Source: Gammaproteobacteria bacterium | Lineage (GTDB): Bacteria; Pseudomonadota; Gammaproteobacteria; Steroidobacterales; Rariloculaceae | Assembly (NCBI GenBank): GCA_050485685.1 | Contig: JBJHBW010000001.1 | Coordinates: forward strand, 146,118 to 210,117 | Length of the DNA stretch: 64,000 nt | Reading direction: 5' to 3' | Program-made: the position numbers and the translations under genes | In this document: positions 1 to 9,201 of the stretch, piece after piece | Position numbering within the stretch: the first letter of the stretch is position 1 | How the letters are laid out: every line of letters begins with the position of its first letter | Notes under the pieces: model-generated | Databases searched by the model: none | What the model saw: the letters and a program-made list of their open reading frames with translations, nothing else | What the model was told of the DNA's origin: nothing

Positions 1-888
1 GTGCTGTGGGGATTCTTCCCGCTCTACTTCCGTATGCTGGACACTGCCGGAGCCCTCGAAATCCTGGCCCACCGGATCATCTGGTCACTCGTGTTTCTTG
101 TGCTGGCCCTGTCTGCGGTGCGCCGTCTCGGCACGCTTCGGCGATTGCTGGATCGTCCAGGGGCCGCCGCCGGCATCACGTTCGCGGCGGTCATCATCGC
201 GGTGAACTGGGGCGCCTACATCGTCGGCGTCAACACCGGCAGGGTGGTCGAGACATCGCTGGGTTACTTCATCACACCGCTGGTGACGGTACTGCTTGGC
301 GTGGCCGTACTTGGCGAGCGGCTGCGGCCGCTGCAATGGACCGCCCTGGCCTTTGGTGCCGCGGGCGTGATACTGCTGACCTTCGACTACGGCCGCCCGC
401 CATACATCGCGCTGATCCTCGCCTTCAGTTTCGGCAGCTATGGTCTGGTCAAGAAACGACTGGCTCTGCCGCCGGCCGAGGGGCTGGCGATGGAGGCCGC
501 GGTACTGACGCTGCCGGCACTGGCGTTTGTCATCTGGCTGCACGCGAACACCGCCGCGACTTTCACGTCCGCGGGCCCGACTCATGCGTTGCTGCTGGTC
601 TGCTCCGGCGCCGTCACGGCAGTCCCTTTGCTGCTGTTCGCCGCTGCCGCCAACCGCATTCCCCTGACGACACTGGGCATACTGCAGTACATCGCACCAT
701 TGCTGCAGTTCCTGATCGGGGTGTTCGTATTCCTCGAACCCATGCCACCGGCGCGTCTGGCGGCATTCGTTCTGGTGTGGGCGGCACTGATACTGTTCAC
801 CGCCGGTCTGGTGCGAGATGCGCGCAACGCGCGTCTGGCCATGCTCAGCGCCGGGGCGGATGCAGTACCCCTGCGTCGCTCTGATTAG
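1..888 (+). CDS. rarD: RarD / EamA-family (DMT superfamily) permease, 5' end cut by window edge
   Basis: The frame is open from nt 1 and the protein is very hydrophobic with multiple TM segments. The N-terminal WGFFPLYFRML...EILAHRIIWS aligns about 15 aa into E. coli RarD as I recall it, so the true start lies upstream of the window. Confidence 0.8.
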   Translation: MLWGFFPLYFRMLDTAGALEILAHRIIWSLVFLVLALSAVRRLGTLRRLLDRPGAAAGITFAAVIIAVNWGAYIVGVNTGRVVETSLGYFITPLVTVLLGVAVLGERLRPLQWTALAFGAAGVILLTFDYGRPPYIALILAFSFGSYGLVKKRLALPPAEGLAMEAAVLTLPALAFVIWLHANTAATFTSAGPTHALLLVCSGAVTAVPLLLFAAAANRIPLTTLGILQYIAPLLQFLIGVFVFLEPMPPARLAAFVLVWAALILFTAGLVRDARNARLAMLSAGADAVPLRRSD

Positions 889-922
889 CCGCTTCTGTAT
901 TTAACGCGTTAATATTTGTGTC

Positions 923-2176
923 ATGAATGATTCCCCGCGCCACGGCGAGGTGCGCCGTGACGACACAGGCGACGTGCCGGGTTCCACGACACTGATTCTG
1001 ATGCTGGTCCTGGCAACGGCGCTGGGGCCGCTGGCCATGTCGTCGTTCATACCGGCCATTCCTGCAATACAGGCCGAATACGCGGTGCCGACGGCTGTCG
1101 CGCAGCTGACGCTGTCCGTGTCTCTGATCACAATGGCGTTGAGTTCTCTGTTCTATGGCAGCCTCTCGGACCGCTACGGCCGCAAACCGGTACTGCTGGC
1201 CGGCATCGTCCTCACGGTCGCGGGATCGGCGATCTCTGCACTCGCCCCCTCGGTCTGGGTCGTGATCGCCGGCCGCGGCCTGCAGGCCGCCGGCGCAACC
1301 GCAGGGCTGGTGCTCGCACGCGTCATCGTCCGTGATGTCTACGGCGATGAGCGCGCCAGCAGTCTGATCGGCTACATCACGGCAGCAATGGCACTGGCGC
1401 CGCTGATCGGGCCGGTGGTCGGAGGTCATCTCATCGATGCATTCGGCTGGCGCAGTGTGTTCATTGCCGTAGGCCTGATCGCATTGTGGCTGACAGCACT
1501 GCTCGCGCTGCGCCTGCCGGAAACCGCACCGTTCGATACTGATGCACCCCGCGGCAGTCTGATTCCGCTGGCCGAGTACGGGGCGCTGCTGACCAGCGGT
1601 CCCTACCTGCGCTATGCGCTTTTCGGCGCAATGATGTTCGGCGTATTCATGTCGTTCATCTCAGGCGCGCCGCATGTTGCCATGGATCACTTCGGTCTGT
1701 CCGCCAGCGCCTACGGCTGGTATTTCATGATCGTGCCCACCGGCTACCTGACAGGCAGCCTGATCGCCGGACGGTTCGCAGGCCGCTGGGACAGGGACCG
1801 GCTGATCACTGCCACCGCGACGATCTCCATCCTGTTGTGTGGCCATGCCCTGTGGATGGCACTGCAGGACGGATTCGCACCTTGGCAGTTCTTCGTGCCC
1901 ATGGCGATGATGTCGGTTGTCATAGGCACCGTACTGCCCAGTGCCCAGGTAGGCATGCTGATCAGCGCCGGTCCACTGTCCGGCACCGCCTCCGGCCTGT
2001 TCAGCTTTCTGCATCTGCTGGCGGGCGCAGCACTGGCACAGCTGGTGGGCGCGCTGGTGCCCGTGGGTCCGCACAGTGTCGCGCTGGTCATGCTGGCCGT
2101 CGCGGTGGTCGGCTTTCTGGCTGCCATTGCGCGCCGGCCGTCCCGCTTGTCCCGGCAGCGCCAGCAATCACACTGA
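923..2176 (+). CDS. MFS transporter, Bcr/CflA drug-efflux subfamily
   Basis: 417-aa ORF with about 12 hydrophobic segments. It carries MFS motif A (GSLSDRYGRKPVLL) after TM2. The ATG lies 35 nt after the rarD stop. Confidence 0.85.
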   Translation: MNDSPRHGEVRRDDTGDVPGSTTLILMLVLATALGPLAMSSFIPAIPAIQAEYAVPTAVAQLTLSVSLITMALSSLFYGSLSDRYGRKPVLLAGIVLTVAGSAISALAPSVWVVIAGRGLQAAGATAGLVLARVIVRDVYGDERASSLIGYITAAMALAPLIGPVVGGHLIDAFGWRSVFIAVGLIALWLTALLALRLPETAPFDTDAPRGSLIPLAEYGALLTSGPYLRYALFGAMMFGVFMSFISGAPHVAMDHFGLSASAYGWYFMIVPTGYLTGSLIAGRFAGRWDRDRLITATATISILLCGHALWMALQDGFAPWQFFVPMAMMSVVIGTVLPSAQVGMLISAGPLSGTASGLFSFLHLLAGAALAQLVGALVPVGPHSVALVMLAVAVVGFLAAIARRPSRLSRQRQQSH

Positions 2177-2185
2177 CAAAAAAGA

Positions 2186-2218
2186 AAGCGCCTGACCGGC
2201 CTCGCCGGTCAGGCGCTT
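2186..2218. terminator. Rho-independent terminator hairpin between convergent genes
   Basis: Perfect 14-bp stem aagcgcctgaccgg / ccggtcaggcgctt with the 5-nt loop cctcg. The A-run acaaaaaagaaa immediately 5' on the + strand becomes a U-run after the hairpin for the minus-strand esterase transcript. Confidence 0.65.
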
Positions 2219-2295
2219 CACATCAGGCGTCGCGACCCCTCGGTGTCCCGCACGCGCAAACATCCGCGCGAAGGACAGGCCGCGGGAAAAACCGC

Positions 2296-3801
2296 CTAGC
2301 GGTTCTGCGCGTTCTGCAGCTGCTGCTGAACCTGCGTATTGTGCCCCTGCATCTGCTCCATCGTCGGCAGGCGCTGAGAGCCCGGGTTCGCATCCAGAAT
2401 CGCGGCATTGACCGCATTCATTCCGGTGTGCGCCGGCCACTGCGGAAGGCCCTCACCATTCGGATTGCCGGTGCGGGCGAAATTCACCCAGTACGATGCC
2501 ATCATGTCGGCAACACGCTGGTTGTCCGGCGATGCCGCAACGCGGGCAGCGTCGCTGCTGTCGGGAAACAGCGGAACCTCGCCGAGATTGTCGAATACGT
2601 ACTTCACCTCCGCCGCATGCACCGGCAGGTAAGGCTCGTCCGCATTCGCCGCCGGCGAAGTCTGAGTGAACCAGTACACCCAGCCGTTCTGCCCGGCCGC
2701 GCGCTGATACTCGGCCAGCCGCCAGGAAATGTGGAAGATGCGATCGGAACCATCCGATGCACCCGGCTCAGGTCGTGCTCCGAACGACAGCTCGAACGCA
2801 TTCGCGCCGGTCAGGATGTCCACCGGATGCTGGCGTCCGGCGGCAAACACGAGCGCCGGATCCTCGGGGATCACGTAGTTGTCCACGATCATGGTCTGCG
2901 CACGGAAGGTCTGGGATACCTCCTCGGTACTCAGTGCGCGCAGATCCGCCGCGGTGTTGAGGCCGGCGGCCTCAGCCTGGGTCTGCCCCTGCCGCTCCTG
3001 CGCAGCCAGCGTCGCATTGGGCGCGCTCGGTGAAATGGCACCACCCATGATGCTCTGCGGAATTGCACGGTGGAACAGCCCCTCGGCCAATGGCGACGTC
3101 ATCAGCGAGGCGATCGCCATCGCGCCGGCGGACTGGCCGAACACGGTGACGTTGTCGGGGTCGCCGCCGAATGCAGCGATATTGCGCTGCACCCACTCCA
3201 GCGACGCAACCATGTCCATCAGGCCCCAGTTGCCGGAGCTGTTCACGCCCGAGTCAGCTGTCAGCGCCGGATGGGCAAGGAAACCGAAAGGTCCCAGACG
3301 GTAGTTCATCGTCACGACCACGGCGCCACGCTCGGACAGTGCGGTGCCGTCGTAAAGCGGTGCCGCGCCGCCGCCATCGGTGAACGCGCCGCCGTAGAAA
3401 TAGACCATGACAGGCAGTCCATCGCCGGCCGACGTGGCTGATGTCCACACATTCAGATAGAGGCAGTCTTCGCTCAGCGGCGGCGTGCCATCCATGTTGG
3501 CGATATTGATATAGCGCGGTTCGGTCGGCGGTTGCACGCAGGTATTGCCGAACTGACTGGCGTCACGAACACCGTCCCAGGGCGCCACCGGCTGCGGCGG
3601 CCGCCAGCGATTCTCACCCACCGGCGGCGCAGCGAAAGGCAGACCACGGAATACCCGCACGCCCGACGCAGTGGTTTCGCCACCGGATACCAGTCCGGTA
3701 TCCAACCTCACCGGATCTTCAATCGCGGCATGACAGGCTGTTGCCGCCACCGCAAGACCTGCGAGCCAGCCGACCCGCGTACTCAGTTTGAATCGCTTCA
3801 C
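2296..3801 (-). CDS. Secreted type-B carboxylesterase/lipase
   Basis: The ORF track gives 2296..3828. It contains the nucleophile elbow FGQSAGA, EDCLYLNVW and a GGAF oxyanion region. A GGAGGA Shine-Dalgarno sits 8 nt upstream of an in-frame GTG at 3801, which would give the signal peptide KRFKLSTRVGWLAGLAVAATACHA. I therefore prefer 3801 over the ATG at 3828. Confidence 0.85.
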   Translation of the reverse strand: MKRFKLSTRVGWLAGLAVAATACHAAIEDPVRLDTGLVSGGETTASGVRVFRGLPFAAPPVGENRWRPPQPVAPWDGVRDASQFGNTCVQPPTEPRYINIANMDGTPPLSEDCLYLNVWTSATSAGDGLPVMVYFYGGAFTDGGGAAPLYDGTALSERGAVVVTMNYRLGPFGFLAHPALTADSGVNSSGNWGLMDMVASLEWVQRNIAAFGGDPDNVTVFGQSAGAMAIASLMTSPLAEGLFHRAIPQSIMGGAISPSAPNATLAAQERQGQTQAEAAGLNTAADLRALSTEEVSQTFRAQTMIVDNYVIPEDPALVFAAGRQHPVDILTGANAFELSFGARPEPGASDGSDRIFHISWRLAEYQRAAGQNGWVYWFTQTSPAANADEPYLPVHAAEVKYVFDNLGEVPLFPDSSDAARVAASPDNQRVADMMASYWVNFARTGNPNGEGLPQWPAHTGMNAVNAAILDANPGSQRLPTMEQMQGHNTQVQQQLQNAQNR

Positions 3802-3896
3802 TTTTGTTTTCCTCCAGATCCTCTGCACGGCGACTCACCGCTCTCCCCTGCGGCGCCACATTCTCCGCTGTCCCTCGTCAGCGGCCTGTCGACAAC

Positions 3897-3917
3897 TCTC
3901 CTCCAAGTGGGAGGAGA
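3897..3917 (-). terminator. Candidate stem-loop downstream of the CoA-binding protein gene
   Basis: 8-bp stem tctcctcc / ggaggaga with a 5-nt loop, 53 nt after the stop at 3970. There is no U-tract, so termination function is uncertain. Confidence 0.3.
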
Positions 3918-3969
3918 TAGTACTTGCCAGCACCTCGCGATCACAACGCGCGGCAACGGCCTGCCCTGG

Positions 3970-4461
3970 TCACTGCAGGCCGCCGCGCACCGACGTAATG
4001 CGCTCGGTGTTGAAACCCAGCCAGTGCATACGGCCCGCATAGCGCGCATGCTCTACCTTGATGCAGCGATCCATGACCACGGTGAGCCCGCCATCCTCGG
4101 CGATTCGGGCGCCTTCTTCGTTGATCACGCCGAACTGACACCACAGACAGCCGGCACCGATCGCCACCGCATCCCGCGCAATCTCCGGCAGCACATCCGG
4201 GGCACGGAACACGTTCACGATGTCGATCTTATCGGGTATGTCGCGCAGGCTTTCATAACTTTTCTCGCCAAATACCTCGTGCTCGCGCGGATTGACCGGA
4301 ATCACGCGGTAACCATGGCGCTTCAGGTAAAAGCCCACAAAGTTGCTGGCACGCAACGGATTGCCTGAAAGCCCTACGATCGCGATCGTTCGTGCGCCCA
4401 GCAGCACGCGTTGTATGGCCAGCGGATCCTGGTATCGCGCCAGGTCGAACCCCGCCATCAT
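3970..4461 (-). CDS. CoA-binding domain protein (YccU-like)
   Basis: The conserved part starts at [10 protein letters not shown]...TIAIVGLSGNPLRASNFV...VIPVNP...VNVFR, a Rossmann-like CoA-binding fold signature. The start ATGATG at 4461/4458 overlaps the metY stop (ATGATGA). The upstream 88 codons of the track ORF are Arg/Gly-rich and overlap metY, so I trimmed them. Confidence 0.8.
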   Translation of the reverse strand: MMAGFDLARYQDPLAIQRVLLGARTIAIVGLSGNPLRASNFVGFYLKRHGYRVIPVNPREHEVFGEKSYESLRDIPDKIDIVNVFRAPDVLPEIARDAVAIGAGCLWCQFGVINEEGARIAEDGGLTVVMDRCIKVEHARYAGRMHWLGFNTERITSVRGGLQ

Positions 4462-5816
4462 GACCGAGCCCCCCCGGCGGGTTCGCCGGCAGGTTCTTTG
4501 CCCAAGCCATCGGCAGAGGCGCCGCTCCTTTGACCGGCTGCGGCAAAACCCTGTTTCAGATCCCAGATCAGGTCGTCCACATCCTCTATGCCGACCGACA
4601 GGCGTATCGTGCCGCCCCTGACGCCCGCCGCCTCGAGTTCCGCCTCCTCCAGCTGCCGGTGTGTGGTACTGGCCGGATGAATCACCAGGCTCTTTGCATC
4701 GCCGACATTGGCCAGATGCGACCACAGCGACAAGGCACGAATAAAGGCCTGGCCCGCCTCGCGGCCGCCCTCGATGTCGAACGAGAACACCGCGCCGGCC
4801 CCTCGCGGCAGATACCTGTTCGCCAGCGACTGATAACGGTTGCCGTCCAAACCCGCATAGCTGACCCGCGACACCTGGGGATGCGCCTCCAGGAAGCGTG
4901 CAATGGCCAGCGCATTGCTCACGTGCCGTTCCATGCGCAGCGACAGCGTCTCCAGCCCCTGCAGGAACAGGAACGCATTGAAAGGCGACAGGCAGGCGCC
5001 GAGATCACGCAGGGTCTCGGCACGCAGCTTCATCAGGTAGCCATAGATACCGAAGGTCTCGTGGAACTTCAGGCCGTGATAGGCAGGCGACGGTTCGGCC
5101 ATGATCGGGAAACGGCCGTTCGACCAGTTGAACGTGCCCGAATCGACGACCACGCCGCCGATGCTGGTGCCGTGTCCGCCCAGGAACTTGGTCGCCGAGT
5201 GCACGACGATGTCCGCGCCCCATTCCATGGGTCGGCACAGCCACGGCGTGGCAAAGGTGTTGTCGACGATGAACGGGACTCCGCGCTCATGCGCGATACC
5301 GGCGATCGCCTCTATATCGAGCACATTGCCGGCGGGATTCCCTATGGTCTCGGCAAAAAACACTTTCGTGTTGTCGCGCAGCGCATCGCGCCAGCGCGCC
5401 GGGTCATCGGGATCCACCCAGCTCAGGCTCACATTCATCTTGCGCAGCACATGCTTGAGCTGATTGACCGTGCCGCCATACAGCGCCGCGGACGACACCA
5501 TATGGTCACCGGGCTCCAGCAGTGTGAACAGTGCCGCCATCTGGGCAGCCAGCCCGCTGGCGAAAGCCACCGCACCGCATCCACCTTCCAGACTGGCCAT
5601 GCGTTCCTCGAACGCGGCGACGGTCGGATTCATGATGCGCGAGTACGTGTTGCCGTACTCCTGCAGATTGAAATACGCAGCGGCCGATTCCGGATCCTCG
5701 AACACGTAGCTCGTGGTCTGATAGATCGGCACCGCGCGCGCGCCGGTATTCGGGTCCGGGCGCTGGCCGGCATGTACCTGACGGGTGGCGAAGCCGAAGC
5801 GTCTTGATTCTTCCAT
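4458..5816 (-). CDS. metY: O-acetylhomoserine sulfhydrylase (PLP-dependent, Cys/Met metabolism family)
   Basis: The N-terminus reads [10 protein letters not shown]...[10 protein letters not shown]...[12 protein letters not shown]-lysine context is present ([11 protein letters not shown]). It lies directly downstream of metX. Confidence 0.9.
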   Translation of the reverse strand: MEESRRFGFATRQVHAGQRPDPNTGARAVPIYQTTSYVFEDPESAAAYFNLQEYGNTYSRIMNPTVAAFEERMASLEGGCGAVAFASGLAAQMAALFTLLEPGDHMVSSAALYGGTVNQLKHVLRKMNVSLSWVDPDDPARWRDALRDNTKVFFAETIGNPAGNVLDIEAIAGIAHERGVPFIVDNTFATPWLCRPMEWGADIVVHSATKFLGGHGTSIGGVVVDSGTFNWSNGRFPIMAEPSPAYHGLKFHETFGIYGYLMKLRAETLRDLGACLSPFNAFLFLQGLETLSLRMERHVSNALAIARFLEAHPQVSRVSYAGLDGNRYQSLANRYLPRGAGAVFSFDIEGGREAGQAFIRALSLWSHLANVGDAKSLVIHPASTTHRQLEEAELEAAGVRGGTIRLSVGIEDVDDLIWDLKQGFAAAGQRSGASADGLGKEPAGEPAGGARS

Positions 5817-5819
5817 CGG

Positions 5820-7031
5820 TTATGACCGCTCGGACATGGACAGGAAACGACGGATCATAGGGGTCTGGCGCGCCTCTTCCAACAGGAAGCAGTCATGGCC
5901 GTAGGGCGCATCGATCACATGCAGTTCCACGTCCCTGCCGCAGGCGCTGAGCGCGCCGACCAGTTGCTCGGAATCAGCCGGCGGATACAGCCAGTCGGAG
6001 CTGAACGCAATCAGCAGGGTTCTTGCCGACACGCCCCGCACCGCGGCCGCGAGATCGCCGTTGCCGTGGTCACGGGCAAGGTCGAAATAGGTCAGCGCGC
6101 GTGACAGGTAGAGATAGGTGTTCGCATCGAAACGCTTCACGAACGAATCGGCCTGGTGGCGCAGATAGCTTTCCACGGCAAATTCCGGTTCGTCGAGAAC
6201 GAAACGGATATCGTCGGCGAACTGCAGCTCGCGACCGAACTTGCGCCGCAGCGCCTCGGCGGACAGATAGGTGATGTGACCGATCATGCGTGCCACGCCC
6301 ATGCCGCGCCCCGGAGAGCGGCCCGTACCGTAGTAATGACCCAGCTGCCAGTCCGGATCCGACATGATCGCGTTGCGCGCGATCGCATTCCAGGCCAAGC
6401 CCTGCGGACCCAGCGCCGCCGTGCTCGCGATGGCGATGATCGCATCCACGGCATCCGGATAGCGCACCGCCCACTCAAGTGCCTGCATGCCGCCTAACGA
6501 CCCGCCGGCGACCGCGGCCAGTCGCTCTATACCCAGTGCATCCAGAAATGCGCGTTGCGCGCGCACCATGTCTGCAACGGTGATCACCGGAAAATCGCCG
6601 CCCCAGGGCCGGCCGGTGTCGGGGTCCACACATGAAGGGCCAGTGGAACCGCCGCAGCCGCCGATAAGATTCGTGCTGACGACGAAGTACCGGTCAGTAT
6701 CGAACGCCTTGCCGGGACCGATCATCCCGTCCCACCAGCCAAGTCCGCGATTGCGGCTGCCGTCACGCTCCTCGGCGCCGAATCCGTCCCGCGTGCCGGC
6801 GGCCGGCGTCTTGCGCGCCAGACCTGCCGCATGGGCATCGCCCGACAACGCGTGACAGACAAGAATGACGTTGTCACGGGCGGCAGCGAGCGTACCGTAA
6901 GTCTCATAGGCGATACGCACCTGCTTCAGCTGCTGGCCGCAATCCAGCGGCAGCGGGTGCTGAAGATCCAGATACTGCGTATCCACGGTGCCCACTGAGC
7001 CTGCGGCCGGGCTGATCGCTCGCGTCGCCAT
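5820..7031 (-). CDS. metX: Homoserine O-acetyltransferase
   Basis: Alpha/beta-hydrolase with the nucleophile motif GGSLGGMQALEW, IAYETYG near the N-terminus and HDCFL at the C-terminus. There is a 3-nt gap to metY. Confidence 0.9.
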   Translation of the reverse strand: MATRAISPAAGSVGTVDTQYLDLQHPLPLDCGQQLKQVRIAYETYGTLAAARDNVILVCHALSGDAHAAGLARKTPAAGTRDGFGAEERDGSRNRGLGWWDGMIGPGKAFDTDRYFVVSTNLIGGCGGSTGPSCVDPDTGRPWGGDFPVITVADMVRAQRAFLDALGIERLAAVAGGSLGGMQALEWAVRYPDAVDAIIAIASTAALGPQGLAWNAIARNAIMSDPDWQLGHYYGTGRSPGRGMGVARMIGHITYLSAEALRRKFGRELQFADDIRFVLDEPEFAVESYLRHQADSFVKRFDANTYLYLSRALTYFDLARDHGNGDLAAAVRGVSARTLLIAFSSDWLYPPADSEQLVGALSACGRDVELHVIDAPYGHDCFLLEEARQTPMIRRFLSMSERS

Positions 7032-7225
7032 GCGCGCGATTATACGTGAGGCGGCCGGCGCGACAGGGCGGTCCGGGTCATACCCCGGGCCGAACCCCGA
7101 ACGCCGCGTGATTTAGACAGCAGCGACCCGACAAAGGTATCATCCACCGCCCGCGGCCCGGCGCCTTTAAAGGCATGCGCCGCCAGGTACAACACCACGA
7201 ATCACAGCACACCAGGAGATTTTCC

Positions 7226-7786
7226 ATGGCTGCGACAATGACCAACAACGGCGTCAACGTCGAGGCTCTGCTCGCCGCACGTGAGGCGCTGAAAGAGACT
7301 CCGGAAGCAGGCCAGTTCACGTGGCGTGCCACGTGCAGGTGGGTGAACGGCACTCACAGCCGGTCCACGGTAGCGGGCTTCAAGGGCCTGGGGCAGGAGC
7401 ACCGCCACAAGACCGAATTTACGTTCGAAGCCGATCACCCGGAAATTTTCGCGGCCGAGGATCTGGGCGCCACGCCGGTGGAGTTCGTGCTCGTGGGCCT
7501 GGCCAGCTGCCTGACCGCCGGTGTGGCTTCGGTGGCGCAGAATCGCGGCATTCAGCTGCGCAGTGTCGAAGCCAGGCTGGAAGGCAGCATGGATATCCAG
7601 GGCATACTCGGGGCGGACAGCGAAGTGCGCAATGGCTATGAGGACATCAGTGTCGAGTTCACCATCGACGCCGATGCCTCGCAGCAGGACATAGAAGCGC
7701 TGGTTGCACAGTCACAGAAGCGTTCGGCCGTCTACGACATCATCACCAATCCGACCAACGTGTCCGTGTCGGTGCACAAGGTCTGA
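7226..7786 (+). CDS. OsmC/Ohr-family peroxiredoxin-like protein
   Basis: AGGAGA Shine-Dalgarno 6 nt before the ATG at 7226. The OsmC signature is present, including LVGLASCLTAG and a second conserved region near the C-terminus. The track ORF start at 7175 lacks a Shine-Dalgarno. Confidence 0.85.
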   Translation: MAATMTNNGVNVEALLAAREALKETPEAGQFTWRATCRWVNGTHSRSTVAGFKGLGQEHRHKTEFTFEADHPEIFAAEDLGATPVEFVLVGLASCLTAGVASVAQNRGIQLRSVEARLEGSMDIQGILGADSEVRNGYEDISVEFTIDADASQQDIEALVAQSQKRSAVYDIITNPTNVSVSVHKV

Positions 7787-7814
7787 CGGCAGAACGTCAG
7801 GGCAAAGGACATGA

Positions 7815-7837
7815 CGCCCGGGCCTCGAGCCCGGGCG
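7815..7837 (+). terminator. GC-rich hairpin after the OsmC gene
   Basis: 8-bp stem cgcccggg / cccgggcg with a 7-nt loop, 29 nt after the stop at 7786. No U-tract follows. Confidence 0.35.
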
Positions 7838-7865
7838 ACACTGCCGGACTGCTACGGAACCAGCC

Positions 7866-9104
7866 ATAGAACGCATCACCACAGTCGTCGTCGGCGCCGG
7901 TCACACCGGGCTCGCAACGAGCCGATTCCTGACCGAAAGCGCCATAGACCACGTCGTCCTGGAGCGCGGCGATATCGCGAACTCCTGGCGCCACGAGCGC
8001 TGGGACTCGCTGCGCCTGCTCACGCCCAACTTTCAGAGCCGCCTGCCGGGATACGCCTACAGCGGCAATAACCCGGACGGTTACATGTCCATGCCGGAGG
8101 TCGTCGATTTCATCGAAGGCTTCGCAAGCGAGTCAGCGGCACCGGTACGCACACACACTGCGGTCAGCTCCGTGACCCGCACCGACGAGGGTTATCGGGT
8201 GATCACCAGCCAGGGCGAGATCCACTGCCGCAGCCTCGTCATTGCCAGCGGCGCGTGCAACCGGCCCTCGGTACCTGCACTTCGCGAAGCCATACCCTCC
8301 ACGGTCGCCTGCGTGACCCCATTCGACTACCGCAACCCGGCCTCGCTGCCGGATGGCGGTGTGCTGATTGTCGGCGCATCGGCCACCGGCGTGCAGCTGG
8401 CCGACGAGATCAGCCGGTCCGGCCGGCGAGTATTGCTGGCCGTGGGCGAGCACGTGCGGCTGCCGCGCACCTACAGAGGTCGCGACATTCTGTGGTGGAT
8501 GGAAGCCACCGGGGTCTGGAACCAGCGCTACGACGAGATTGACGATCTGGAACGGGCGCGCAGGCTGCCATCACCGCAGCTGGTCGGCACACCGAAGCGC
8601 GCCATGCTGGACCTGAACACACTGACCGATGCCGGTGTGGAACTGGTCGGCCGCCTGGCCGCGATTCGCGACGGCAAGGCCCTGTTCTCGGGCGGACTCA
8701 AGCACCTTTTCTCGCTCGCCGACCTGAAGATGGCAAGACTGCTGGACACATTCGACGCGTGGGCCATCGCGACGGATCTGGACGTTGAGCCGCCGCAGCG
8801 TTATGAACCCACGCGAGCGCCCGACAGACCGCGTATCAGCCTGGACCTGAACAGCGGCGAAATCAGCACCGTGATCTTCGCGACCGGCTTTCGGCCCGAT
8901 TATCACTGGCTGCAGGTGCCGGTGCTGGACCGCAAGGGTTACCTGCAGCACGACGGTGGCGTCGTGGCCGGCGCGCCAGGGTTGTACGCGATAGGACTGC
9001 CCGTCCTGCGCAGGCGCAAATCCACGTTCATCGTGGGTGCGGAGGACGACGCGCGAGACATCGTCACGCACCTGACGCAGTCGCTGCACACGAACTGCGT
9101 GTAA
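7866..9104 (+). CDS. FAD/NAD(P)-binding oxidoreductase (flavin monooxygenase-like) with no canonical start codon; possible ATA start or start-codon mutation
   Basis: The track ORF starts at the ATG at 8085. The same frame is open back to a TGA at 7812 and encodes IERITTVVVGAGHTGLATSRFL...HVVLERG...WRHERWDSLRLLTPN, which is the GxGxxG dinucleotide-binding N-terminus. A second GxGxxG-like motif (VGASATGVQLA) lies downstream. No ATG, GTG or TTG occurs between 7815 and 8085, and ATA at 7866 sits where homologues have Met-Glu-Arg. Confidence 0.65.
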   Translation: MERITTVVVGAGHTGLATSRFLTESAIDHVVLERGDIANSWRHERWDSLRLLTPNFQSRLPGYAYSGNNPDGYMSMPEVVDFIEGFASESAAPVRTHTAVSSVTRTDEGYRVITSQGEIHCRSLVIASGACNRPSVPALREAIPSTVACVTPFDYRNPASLPDGGVLIVGASATGVQLADEISRSGRRVLLAVGEHVRLPRTYRGRDILWWMEATGVWNQRYDEIDDLERARRLPSPQLVGTPKRAMLDLNTLTDAGVELVGRLAAIRDGKALFSGGLKHLFSLADLKMARLLDTFDAWAIATDLDVEPPQRYEPTRAPDRPRISLDLNSGEISTVIFATGFRPDYHWLQVPVLDRKGYLQHDGGVVAGAPGLYAIGLPVLRRRKSTFIVGAEDDARDIVTHLTQSLHTNCV

Positions 9105-9201
9105 ACTCGGGATTCATCAGCCTGCGTCGACCCTTGGCGCGGCGAGAAAAACCGGTGGCGGCCAGTTGGCCGGCACTCGAGCAAAACCCCGGGGGACCAC
9201 C

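Noticed and set aside
4530-5807. 425-aa ORF on the + strand covering almost all of metY
   Set aside because: It is antisense to a gene with unmistakable MetY similarity. The composition is Arg/Ala/Gly/His-rich with no recognisable motifs. This is a typical high-GC shadow frame.
7032-7225. SAM riboswitch (SAM-II or SAM/SAH type) upstream of metX
   Set aside because: I read the minus-strand leader and could not recognise the conserved SAM-II pseudoknot/AAAGCU-type elements. A TATAAT box 7 nt from the ATG argues for little or no leader. A covariance-model search is still needed to be sure.
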